Positions 1 to 7,910 of a DNA stretch of 64,000 bases are shown here, in pieces (positions within the stretch are counted from its first letter, which is position 1; each line of letters starts with the position of its first letter). The position numbers were made by a program, and so were the translations under genes. Location: contig CAVXGK010000002.1 of the NCBI GenBank assembly GCA_963761305.1, positions 128,001 through 192,000 of the forward strand. The letters run 5' to 3'. Under the pieces are notes generated by a model, which saw nothing but the letters and a program-made list of their open reading frames with translations, ran no database searches and was not told where the DNA came from. Origin of the DNA: an uncultured Gemmatimonadaceae bacterium. GTDB lineage: Bacteria; Gemmatimonadota; Gemmatimonadetes; Gemmatimonadales; Gemmatimonadaceae.

Positions 1-47
1 CCACGGCTGAACCTCGGGTCCCCTGGGGGACCGTTTGACGGTCACTG

Positions 48-353
48 TTAGCTCGCGCGATCGAGGACGCGAACCTCGCGTTCCAGCTTGGCGCCGAGGT
101 GGTCGCGCTCCACTTCGAGATCATACCGCGCCTGAAGATTGAGCCAGAACCGGTCACTGGTGCCGAAATAGCGGGCGAGGCGGAGGGCGGTGTCCGCGGA
201 GATGGCGCGTGTCCCGTGCACGATCTCGTTGATCCGACGCGCGGGTACACTGATGTCCTTGGCCAAACGGTACTGCGAAATCCCAAGGGGCTCCAGAAAG
301 TCGAGCCCGAGGACTTCACCGGGATGGATCGGCGCGAGTTTGCGAGGGGCCAT
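48..353 (-). CDS. higA: HigA family addiction module antitoxin (HTH-XRE)
   Basis: From ATG 353: MAPRKLAPIHPGEVL...ISQYRLAKDISVPARRINEIVHGTRAISADTALRLARYFGTSDRFWLNLQARYDL, the classic HigA/VapI pattern. Lies directly downstream of the toxin gene. Confidence 0.95.
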   Translation of the reverse strand: MAPRKLAPIHPGEVLGLDFLEPLGISQYRLAKDISVPARRINEIVHGTRAISADTALRLARYFGTSDRFWLNLQARYDLEVERDHLGAKLEREVRVLDRAS

Positions 354-363
354 CGGATTGCCT

Positions 364-645
364 CTAGTGATAGTCCACGATCTGGACGTCGTACGCGTTC
401 CCGTTCTTCCAGCGGAAGCAGATCCGCCACTGATCGTTGACGCGAATACTGTGCTGGCCGGCGCGGTTGCCCTTGAGCTTCTCCAGGCGATTGCCCGGCG
501 GCACGCGGGGGTCATCCAGCGTTTCGGCGGCGTCGACTATGCCGAGCTTGCGCAGCATGGCCCGGTGGAGCTCGGCAGGAAGGCGTCGGACCGGGTCCCG
601 GTGGAAGAGCCGCTCCGTGTCGCGATCAGCGAAGCTCTGGATCAC
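364..645 (-). CDS. higB: HigB (RelE/ParE-type, plasmid maintenance killer) toxin
   Basis: MIQSFADRDTERLF...PPGNRLEKLKGNRAGQHSIRVNDQWRICFRW...VQIVDYH. Toxin-before-antitoxin order is typical of higBA. GTG start. Confidence 0.95.
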   Translation of the reverse strand: MIQSFADRDTERLFHRDPVRRLPAELHRAMLRKLGIVDAAETLDDPRVPPGNRLEKLKGNRAGQHSIRVNDQWRICFRWKNGNAYDVQIVDYH

Positions 646-650
646 GAGGA

Positions 651-688
651 ATAGTAACGCGGCGCGACCATAACGTCAAGCGTTACTA
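651..688 (-). promoter_or_regulatory. higBA sigma70-type promoter with overlapping inverted-repeat operator
   Basis: Minus strand: TTGACG (679-674), 17-nt spacer, TACTAT (656-651). Perfect IR TAGTAACGC (652-660)/GCGTTACTA (680-688) and inner TAACG-N5-CGTTA (671-685). Confidence 0.75.
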
Positions 689-899
689 CGGCTCGCCTGC
701 GAACCTTTGAAAACGCAGGACCGAGAGTCAGACTCGGCCAGATTGGACACGCGCGAGGCCCTCGTGCGACCGGAATCTCGTGATTGCCCGATCGCCAAGC
801 GAACTGTCCACGCGTCCGTCGGGAGTGGAGGCAGGCACCTAACTTTCCCTCGGCATCACATTGCCGCGCCAAACGTCCCCGATCTATTCCCGTCTCTGC

Positions 900-2519
900 G
901 TGACTCTTCTCTCGCTTTCCAATATCGGCGTCTCCTTCGGCGCGACCGAACTCTTCAAGAACGTTACCTTCACCGTCGCCGACGGCGAACGGTGGGGCAT
1001 CATCGGGCGCAACGGGGCCGGCAAGTCGTCGATCTTCAGACTCATCACCGGGGAACTCCAACCGACGGTGGGGAGCGTTGCGCGTAAGCCGGGACTCCGG
1101 CACGCCCTGCTCGACCAGCACCGCGCATTCGAAGGCGCGACGACGGTCTGGGAAGCGGGTGCGGCTGCATGGCGCGACGTGATCGCTCTCGAGAAACGCA
1201 TCGCCGAACAGGCAATCGAGTTGGGTGAGCTGGGGGAACGCGTCAGTGACGCGTTCCTCGAAAAGTTCGGGCACGACCAAGAGCGCTTCGCCGACCTCGG
1301 CGGCTACGTCTACCACGCTCGAGTCGACGCGGTGCTCCAGGGATTGGGCTTCGACGCTGAGGAATCCAAGACACGTCTCGTGTCGACACTCTCGGGCGGA
1401 GAGCGCGGACGCGTCGGGCTTGCGGCACAGCTCATTGCGCCCGCCGACCTGCTGCTCCTCGACGAGCCCACAAACCACCTCGACCTCGACACCACGACCT
1501 GGCTTCAGGAATGGCTCCACGATGCTGACGAAACGGTCATCGTCGTGTCGCACGATCGTGCGTTCATGGACGCCATCTGTACGCACATCCTGCACGTCGA
1601 GGCGCGCACGAGCGAGTGGTACAAGGGCAACTACAGCCAGTTCGTGCCGCAGCGCGCCGAGCGACGCCTCTCACGCGAGCGCGAACTCGAGAAGCAGCGC
1701 GCGTACGTGAAGAAGGAAGAGGAGTACATCCGGCGGAACATCGCGGGCGTCAACTCGTTTCAGGCGAAGGGCAAGCGCAAGCGGCTAGAGCGCCTGCCGC
1801 GGCTCGCGCCTCCGCCGGGCGATCCGGCGGCGATGGACCTCAAGTTCGAAGTCGCCGAGCGCGGCGGCGACCAGGTGCTCGCCGTCAAAGACCTGCAAGT
1901 GGACGTGCCCGGCCGCGTCCTCGTCGAAGATTTCACGGCCGTGTTGCGACGGAACGACTTCGTCGCCCTCATCGGACCCAACGGCGCAGGCAAGTCATCG
2001 TTCATCTCCACAATCATCGGCGATCGCGAACCGGCGAGGGGCGAGGCGAGAATCGGCGGATCGATCACACCCGCGTGGTTTCGGCAGGATCTCGCTGACC
2101 TTCCACTCCGAAAGTCGTTGTTCGATGCGATCCAGGATCAGCGTCCGCTGTGGACGCGAGGCCAGGTGCAGAATTGTCTCGGCGCGTTCGGCTTCAGCGG
2201 CGATGAAGTGCAGCGCGAGATCGGCACGCTCAGCGGCGGCGAGCGGGCGCGCGTTGCGCTCGCGCTCATGACCCTCGCGCACGCCAATCTCCTCATCCTC
2301 GACGAGCCGACTAACCATCTCGACGTCGAGAACATCGAGGCGCTCGAAGACGCGCTCGAGGACTACGAAGGCTCGGTGCTACTCGTGAGTCACGACCGCG
2401 CCTTCCTGCGCGAGGTTGCGACGCGCGTCTGGTCGTTCGACGGCACACACCTCAAGGACTTCGACGGTCCATTCGTCGAGTGGGAGGAGAACCGCGCGCG
2501 GAGCGTGGCAAGGTCTTAG
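900..2519 (+). CDS. ABC-F family ATP-binding protein (Uup/YheS/EttA-like)
   Basis: Two ABC domains (GRNGAGKS...LSGGE...LLLDEPTNHLD; GPNGAGKS...LSGGE...ILDEPTNHLD) with a linker and no TM segments. GTG at 900 is the likely start. Confidence 0.93.
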   Translation: MTLLSLSNIGVSFGATELFKNVTFTVADGERWGIIGRNGAGKSSIFRLITGELQPTVGSVARKPGLRHALLDQHRAFEGATTVWEAGAAAWRDVIALEKRIAEQAIELGELGERVSDAFLEKFGHDQERFADLGGYVYHARVDAVLQGLGFDAEESKTRLVSTLSGGERGRVGLAAQLIAPADLLLLDEPTNHLDLDTTTWLQEWLHDADETVIVVSHDRAFMDAICTHILHVEARTSEWYKGNYSQFVPQRAERRLSRERELEKQRAYVKKEEEYIRRNIAGVNSFQAKGKRKRLERLPRLAPPPGDPAAMDLKFEVAERGGDQVLAVKDLQVDVPGRVLVEDFTAVLRRNDFVALIGPNGAGKSSFISTIIGDREPARGEARIGGSITPAWFRQDLADLPLRKSLFDAIQDQRPLWTRGQVQNCLGAFGFSGDEVQREIGTLSGGERARVALALMTLAHANLLILDEPTNHLDVENIEALEDALEDYEGSVLLVSHDRAFLREVATRVWSFDGTHLKDFDGPFVEWEENRARSVARS

Positions 2520-2538
2520 GAGGATGCTGAAAAGACAG

Positions 2539-2694
2539 GCGGAGAAGAAACAAAAGAGGGACGCGGAGCCGCGGAGGAACGCAGAGCCGCGGAGAAATGC
2601 GATTAAAGCTTCCGTGACGGGGTTGTCCGCTGGCCTTTTCCCGCGTCTCTCCGTTTTCCTCTGCGCCTGCGCGTCCCGCTTTGTTTTGTTCTGC
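2539..2694. repeat. REPIN-like inverted doublet of CGCRGAG repeats between convergent genes
   Basis: Left arm GACGCGGAGCCGCGGAGGAACGCAGAGCCGCGGAG (2560-2594). Right arm CCGCGTCTCTCCGTTTTCCTCTGCGCCTGCGCGTC (2641-2675). A-rich and T-rich flanks extend the stem. Confidence 0.8.
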
Positions 2695-2726
2695 AATCTG
2701 CTGGTCCGCCGAGCGGATGGCCCGGC

Positions 2727-3743
2727 CTATCGCCAGCCCAGGGCAGGCGCGACGTGCGTGAGAATTGATTCAATCACGTGCGCATTGTATTCGACGCCGA
2801 GCGTGTTGGGCACGGTCAGAAGCAGCGTGTCCGCTTCGGCGATGGCCTCATCCCCTTTCAGTTGTTCGACCAACACGTCTGGCTCAGCGGCGTATGTGCG
2901 ACCGAACACGGCTCGCATATTGTCGATGACGCCGACGTGATCTCCGCTTTCATCATGGCCGAAGTAGAGACGGTCGCGATCGTTCATCAACGCGAAGATG
3001 GACCGAGAGACCGACACGCGCGGCTCGCGTTTATGCCCGGCGTCCGTCCACGCTTGCCGGAAGAGGCGAAGCTGGCGAGCCTGCTGGACGTGAAACGGCT
3101 CGCCCGACTCGTCTGCCTTGAGGGTGGAGCTTTGCAAGTTCATTCCCTGCTGCGCGGCCCAAATCGCCGTCGCATTCGAAGCTGAGCCCCACCAGATACG
3201 CTCGCGCAGTCCCTCTGAATGCGGCTCGAGCCGAAGCAACCCGGGCGGATTGGGAAACATTGGCCTTGGATTAGGCTTCGCGAACCCGTCCCCTTTCAGG
3301 AGCTGGAGAAAAACCTCGGCATGACGCCGGCCCAGGTCGGCGTCGGTTCCGCCTTCCGGCGGCGCATAGCCGAAATGGCGCCAACCTTCGATGACCTGCT
3401 CCGGCGAGCCGCGGCTGATGCCGAGCTGGAGCCGACTGTTGCTGATCAGGTCGGCCGCGCCGGCGTCCTCGACCATGTAGAACGGATTTTCGTACCGCAT
3501 GTCGATTACAGCCGTTCCGATCTCGATGCCACTGGTCCTGGCACCGACGGCCGCGAGAAGCGGAAAGGGGGACGCGAGCTGCTGGGCAAAGTGGTGCACG
3601 CGAAAGTATGCCCCGTCCGCGCCGAGTGCCTCGGCCGCCACGGCCAGCTCGATGGACTGCTGCAGGACATCGCGCGCGGACCGCGCGGCCGACTGGCGCG
3701 AGGCGCTCCAATGACCAAAGGACAGGAAGCCGATCTTTTTCAT
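2727..3743 (-). CDS. LLM class flavin-dependent oxidoreductase (luciferase-like monooxygenase)
   Basis: MKKIGFLSFGHW...GADGAYFRVHHFA...PFPLLAAVGARTSGIEIGTAVIDMRYENP...RLQLGISRGS. Confidence 0.92.
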   Translation of the reverse strand: MKKIGFLSFGHWSASRQSAARSARDVLQQSIELAVAAEALGADGAYFRVHHFAQQLASPFPLLAAVGARTSGIEIGTAVIDMRYENPFYMVEDAGAADLISNSRLQLGISRGSPEQVIEGWRHFGYAPPEGGTDADLGRRHAEVFLQLLKGDGFAKPNPRPMFPNPPGLLRLEPHSEGLRERIWWGSASNATAIWAAQQGMNLQSSTLKADESGEPFHVQQARQLRLFRQAWTDAGHKREPRVSVSRSIFALMNDRDRLYFGHDESGDHVGVIDNMRAVFGRTYAAEPDVLVEQLKGDEAIAEADTLLLTVPNTLGVEYNAHVIESILTHVAPALGWR

Positions 3744-3758
3744 GGTTCGAAAATTTAC

Positions 3759-3815
3759 ACGCCGTCGGAATCGAGAATTCCGACGGCGTTGATCGCGGCG
3801 TCAATCGACGCCGCG
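3759..3815. other. Two adjacent perfect hairpins in the DUF4331-LLM intergenic gap
   Basis: ACGCCGTCGGAAT-cgaga-ATTCCGACGGCGT (3759-3789) and CGCGGCGTC-aatc-GACGCCGCG (3794-3815). Confidence 0.6.
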
Positions 3816-3830
3816 TTGCTCCGGCATCCG

Positions 3831-4805
3831 TCAGCTTTTGTGCGGCGGTCCGACGTAGGGAAACTCGGGGAGCAGGTCGCCGTGGGCTCGCGTGTTGTCC
3901 GTCTTTACTTTGCCGTTCGAGAAGAGAGGCATGAAGTACTCGACGACGCTGTCCGTGAGCAGCCGCCCGTTCGTCGGGTAGACCGCGGGGCGTGTGGGAT
4001 CGTATGGCAGAACGTCCGGCAGCATCGTCTCGGCCACGCGGCGCGCTTCGTCGTTCGTATATCCGCCGCTATGCTCGAGCGAGTGCGCGAAGGTCTTGAT
4101 GAAGCGGCTGTCGTTCACCGGTTCTCCGGCGAGGTACGCATCTCGATCGTCGCCGGGAAGGAAGGGCGTTTGCTGCGCTCGCGCTCCGCGGTCGGCTTGG
4201 ACCCATTTCCCGGTTCGGCCGTCCACCGTGCGCGCCCACAGACGAACCGCCTTCGATCCCAGCTCGGAATTGGGCAGCTCCAAGACGATGCTGCAGACGT
4301 CCTTGTCGGCGAAATAGTCGTTGCCGGTGAACTGCAGATTGTTGAGCGCGCCATCGACGTCGAAGAAAAACGGATCGCTGCGCCACCCCGCAAAGAACCG
4401 GCAGTTGCCGGCCTTCGTGATCTGCGCCTCTCGGCCTATCGATACCGGCGCGTTCTCGACGATGACCGTTCCGTCATCGCCGATGCCCGCGGCGGCGGCG
4501 CCGTCGGCCCTGCGCCACGTGGCGGTCTGTTTGCCGTCCTTTACTGGCGAGAACCGGAAACGATACGCGACATCCGCGACGGCGTCGCCATTCGTGTCGA
4601 TCTTGATCTCGTACACGGCGTCGGGAGAGAAGGGGTCGGTCGTCGTCGGACCGGGCGGCTTCACATTGACCGAGGGGTGCACGTCCATGATCAGAACCGA
4701 TGCGTTCTTGTCTCCGGGTTTCGGGAACGCGTACAAATCGGTGAAGTCCAGGCGGGCGTCGTCGTGCGGCGAGGCAAACTCAGGGCCGGAATAGTGATGT
4801 GACAT
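3831..4805 (-). CDS. DUF4331 family protein
   Basis: From ATG 4805: MSHHYSGP...DARLDFTDLYAF...YEIKIDTNGDAVAD...FFAGWRSDPFFFD...PDVLPYD...NGRLLTD...FPYVGPPH. The upstream part of the 719-aa ORF overlaps the MFS gene in another frame and is spurious. Confidence 0.85.
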   Translation of the reverse strand: MSHHYSGPEFASPHDDARLDFTDLYAFPKPGDKNASVLIMDVHPSVNVKPPGPTTTDPFSPDAVYEIKIDTNGDAVADVAYRFRFSPVKDGKQTATWRRADGAAAAGIGDDGTVIVENAPVSIGREAQITKAGNCRFFAGWRSDPFFFDVDGALNNLQFTGNDYFADKDVCSIVLELPNSELGSKAVRLWARTVDGRTGKWVQADRGARAQQTPFLPGDDRDAYLAGEPVNDSRFIKTFAHSLEHSGGYTNDEARRVAETMLPDVLPYDPTRPAVYPTNGRLLTDSVVEYFMPLFSNGKVKTDNTRAHGDLLPEFPYVGPPHKS

Positions 4806-4873
4806 GGCGAGGAAGGTGCCGAGAACCAACCACGGCACAATTGGCCCAAAGACCCACTCCGGTGCGTCACTGA

Positions 4874-6097
4874 TCAGCTGGTATAGCGGCGACTCGCCCA
4901 CCAACCGAGCGCCGCGGCGACAAAGGCCATGACACCACCGAGGATCATCGGCGCGCGTCCGCCGAACGTGTCGGCCACCCAGCCGAGGACCGGACCGCCG
5001 ACCGCCAACGGTCCGCCGATGAGCACCGTCTGCAAGGCGAGCACTCGGCCGTGCATTTCCCGTTTTGCTTCGATCTGGGCGATCGCCGTCGTCGCGGTCA
5101 TGTAGACGATGCCCGCCATGCCGGTGAAAAAGACGATCGGCACGGCGACCGGCGCTGACGACACAGGTGCGAGCATCAGCATCGTCGTGCCGAGCAGCAC
5201 CGCGCCCAGGATGATGTGGCGCATACGGGTGAACCCACGGTGCGCGATGAACAGCGAGCCGACGACGGCGCCACTGCCCATTGTCGAATACAACAGGGTG
5301 TAGGTTCGCTCCGTGCCGTGCAGCACCTGCGTCACGAACAGCGGGAGCGTGACGTTGAAGTTGTACGAGAGCGTGCCGAGGATCGCGAGCATCATGAAGC
5401 TGATCCAAAGCAACGGCGTGTCGAATATGTAGCGCAGCCCGGCGCGCACGGCGCCCTTGCGCTCGGCCACCGTGCCGGAGCGATGGAGCTCGCTTTCGCG
5501 CATGAGAAACAGGCAGACGAGCACCGCGATATATGACGCGGCGTCGAGCGTGAAGCACCAGCCGTAGCCGACGCTCACGATCAACAGACCCGCGAGCGCC
5601 GGTCCGAAGATGCGCGACCCGTTGACGATCGTGCTGTAGAGGACGATCGCATTTGGTAGATCCTCGGGCGCGACCATCTCGGTCACGAGCGATCGGCGCA
5701 GTGGATTGTCGAACGCGAGGAAGATGCCGCCGGCCAGCGCGATCGCGTACAGGGCGACCAGCGGGGGCGAGGGCAGAAACGCGAGAATCGCCAGACTTAT
5801 AGACTGCGCCATTTCGAGCGTCTGCGTGACGATCAACGAACGTCGCTTGCTGAAGCGATCGGCGATCGCGCCCGCGTAGGGAGACAGAAAGACCAGGGGG
5901 CCGTACTGAAACGCGGCGAGCACGCCGATGCGAAGTCCGCTGCCGGTGATCTTCAGGACGAGCAGCGTGATCGCCACGTTCGTCAGCCAATTGCCGGTGT
6001 TCGACACCATCTGGCCGATGAAGTACAGACGAAAGTTGCGGTGACGAAGCGAGGAGAACGTGCGGCCGAGCATGCTCGGTGTCGTCGCCGGCGGCAT
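4874..6097 (-). CDS. MFS transporter (MFS_3/EntS-like)
   Basis: FSSLRHRNFRLYFIGQMVSNTGNW...AGAIADRFSKRR (MFS motif A) and about 12 hydrophobic segments. ATG overlaps the MarR stop (TGATG). Confidence 0.92.
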   Translation of the reverse strand: MPPATTPSMLGRTFSSLRHRNFRLYFIGQMVSNTGNWLTNVAITLLVLKITGSGLRIGVLAAFQYGPLVFLSPYAGAIADRFSKRRSLIVTQTLEMAQSISLAILAFLPSPPLVALYAIALAGGIFLAFDNPLRRSLVTEMVAPEDLPNAIVLYSTIVNGSRIFGPALAGLLIVSVGYGWCFTLDAASYIAVLVCLFLMRESELHRSGTVAERKGAVRAGLRYIFDTPLLWISFMMLAILGTLSYNFNVTLPLFVTQVLHGTERTYTLLYSTMGSGAVVGSLFIAHRGFTRMRHIILGAVLLGTTMLMLAPVSSAPVAVPIVFFTGMAGIVYMTATTAIAQIEAKREMHGRVLALQTVLIGGPLAVGGPVLGWVADTFGGRAPMILGGVMAFVAAALGWWASRRYTS

Positions 6098-6552
6098 CAA
6101 TCGGCCTCGACGCCCGCCGACGCCAGCCGCTCGAGGAGCTCGATGGCCTTGACGAGCGCCACCTGTTCCTTCGCCGGCACCTGTGAGGCGATTGCGCGCA
6201 TCAGCCACGCATTGCGAGACGCGGCCACCGCGCCGAACAGCGTGAGGCCGCGCTTGGTGATGCTGATGAGCGACTTGCGGCCGTCGTTGGGATCATGCGC
6301 CGTCTTGACCAACCCGGCGTGGCGGAGCGCGGCCACCTGTTGCGCGATCGCTTGCTGGCTGACATGCTCGGCGACCGCCAGCGTCGCGGCGGTCGTCTGC
6401 CCGTCGTCGCGCAACCGTTTGAGGATGGCGAGCTGCGAGGTGGGCAGCGACTGGACGGGGGAGGGCCACGTCTCCCGAAGGCGCGCGCGCAGGTGCTTGA
6501 CCGCGAGCACGAGCCGGATCGCCAGCTCTTCCCGCGACTTGGCTGATGGCAT
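6097..6552 (-). CDS. MarR family transcriptional regulator
   Basis: SQLAILKRLRDDGQTTAATLAVAEHVSQQAIAQQVAALRHAGLV...DPNDGRKSLISITKRG winged HTH. Confidence 0.92.
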   Translation of the reverse strand: MPSAKSREELAIRLVLAVKHLRARLRETWPSPVQSLPTSQLAILKRLRDDGQTTAATLAVAEHVSQQAIAQQVAALRHAGLVKTAHDPNDGRKSLISITKRGLTLFGAVAASRNAWLMRAIASQVPAKEQVALVKAIELLERLASAGVEAD

Positions 6553-6569
6553 GCCGAACAGTCAACTAC

Positions 6570-6595
6570 ACAAGGAAATTGCACAAGTGGCTTGC
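6570..6595. promoter_or_regulatory. Candidate MarR operator (tandem CAAG-N3-nTTG boxes) in a divergent promoter
   Basis: ACAAGGAAATTGC (6570-6582) immediately followed by ACAAGTGGCTTGC (6583-6595), in the 74-bp gap between marR and the isochorismatase gene. Confidence 0.5.
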
Positions 6596-6626
6596 GTATA
6601 TTGCCGGAGCGCCTTAGCTCTCCGGC

Positions 6627-7160
6627 ATGCCAAACGACCCGCAGCGAACCGCCCTGCTCGTCATGGACGTGCAGCCCGGCATCATCGACCGAATCGAGGA
6701 CAAGGACGATTATCTCACGCGCGCACGGTCGGCAGTCGATCATGCACATGCGCAGGGGATACACGTCGTGTACGTCGTGGTCGCATTCCGCCCGGGCGCA
6801 CCGGAAGCCAGCGAACGCTTCCGCGCCTACGCGGCGGCTCTGGTCGACGCGCAGCCGGTAATGACGTCGGCCGATGGCGACGTCGTGGTGGCGAAGAAGC
6901 GCGTCAGCGCGTTCGCCGGCAGCGATCTCGAGGTGCTGCTGCGCACGAACGACATCCGCCACCTGGTGCTCTGTGGCATCGCGACGAGCGGTGTCGTGTT
7001 GTCGACGCTCCGCGAGGCGTCCGACAAGGACTACACCTTGACCGTCCTATCGGACGTGTGCGCGGATCTCGACGCCGAGGTGCATCGCGTACTGCTCGAG
7101 AAGGTCTTCCCGAAGCAAGCGACGGTCGTCACGGCGGCGGAGTGGATCGCGTCGGGGTGA
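6627..7160 (+). CDS. Isochorismatase-family cysteine hydrolase
   Basis: TALLVMDVQ...VVAKKRVSAFAGSDL...LVLCGIATSGVVLSTLREASDKDY...LSDVCAD. Confidence 0.9.
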   Translation: MPNDPQRTALLVMDVQPGIIDRIEDKDDYLTRARSAVDHAHAQGIHVVYVVVAFRPGAPEASERFRAYAAALVDAQPVMTSADGDVVVAKKRVSAFAGSDLEVLLRTNDIRHLVLCGIATSGVVLSTLREASDKDYTLTVLSDVCADLDAEVHRVLLEKVFPKQATVVTAAEWIASG

Positions 7161-7185
7161 TCTTCCTGGAAAGGAGCGCCTGATC

Positions 7186-7515
7186 ATGGATTGGCTTCAC
7201 GTCGTGTCCTACCTGTTCGGCGGCGCATTTCTGGCGAACGCCGTTCCGCATTTCGTCAGCGGCATGATGGGGCAGCCCTTTCAGACTCCGTTCGCCAAGC
7301 CGCCGGGCGAAGGTCTTTCATCGTCGACCGTGAACGTGCTGTGGGGGTTTGCGAATTTCGTCATTGCCTACCTCCTGATCGCCCGCGTGGGACATTTCGA
7401 TCTGCACGCGACGGATCATGTCATCGCCGTGGGCGTGGGCGTTCTGCTCATGGGTGTGATGGCCGCGCGTTCGTTCGGGCGGTTTCACGGCGGCAATTCG
7501 CCGTCAGGCTCGTGA
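7186..7515 (+). CDS. Small membrane protein (3 TM)
   Basis: GGAG SD. Hydrophobic segments with FLANAVPHFVSG...FQTPFAKPPG...SSSTVNVLWG. Confidence 0.8.
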   Translation: MDWLHVVSYLFGGAFLANAVPHFVSGMMGQPFQTPFAKPPGEGLSSSTVNVLWGFANFVIAYLLIARVGHFDLHATDHVIAVGVGVLLMGVMAARSFGRFHGGNSPSGS

Positions 7516-7537
7516 CGCCCTGGCCAAGGAGCGCCCC

Positions 7538-7882
7538 TCAGGAGAGCGCTGGCGCGGCGCGCATTGCTCGCGTCATCGCCTGAGAGAACCGCGCCCACGC
7601 CACGGCTTCTTTGCGCAAGTGTGCGCGGCCAGCGGTAGTCAGGGTGTAATAGCGCGCGCGGCGATTGTTGTCGGACAGTCCCCAGTCCGACGTGATGAAT
7701 CCTTTGTCTTCGAGCCGGCGCAGGGCGGGGTAGAGCGAGCCTTCCTCGACGCGCAGCGCGTCGTCGGTCGTCTGCTCGATCCAGCGCGCGATGCCATAGC
7801 CGTGCGTGGAATCGGCGAACAGCGCTTTGAGAATGAGAATCTGCAGCGTGCCTTGCAGCAGATCGGTCGACGCGAGCGGCAT
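7538..7882 (-). CDS. PadR family transcriptional regulator (acidobacterial ADOP-associated type)
   Basis: LLQGTLQILILKAL...HGYGIARWIEQ...VEEGSLYPALRRLE...WGLSDNNRRARYYTLT. Confidence 0.95.
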   Translation of the reverse strand: MPLASTDLLQGTLQILILKALFADSTHGYGIARWIEQTTDDALRVEEGSLYPALRRLEDKGFITSDWGLSDNNRRARYYTLTTAGRAHLRKEAVAWARFSQAMTRAMRAAPALS

Positions 7883-7910
7883 TCTTTTGTCCTGTCGATT
7901 GATTGTCTCT

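Noticed and set aside
17..32. Hairpin GGTCCCC-tg-GGGGACC downstream of higA as a terminator
   Set aside because: Two-nt loop, no U-tract on the minus strand, and too close to the window edge to judge.
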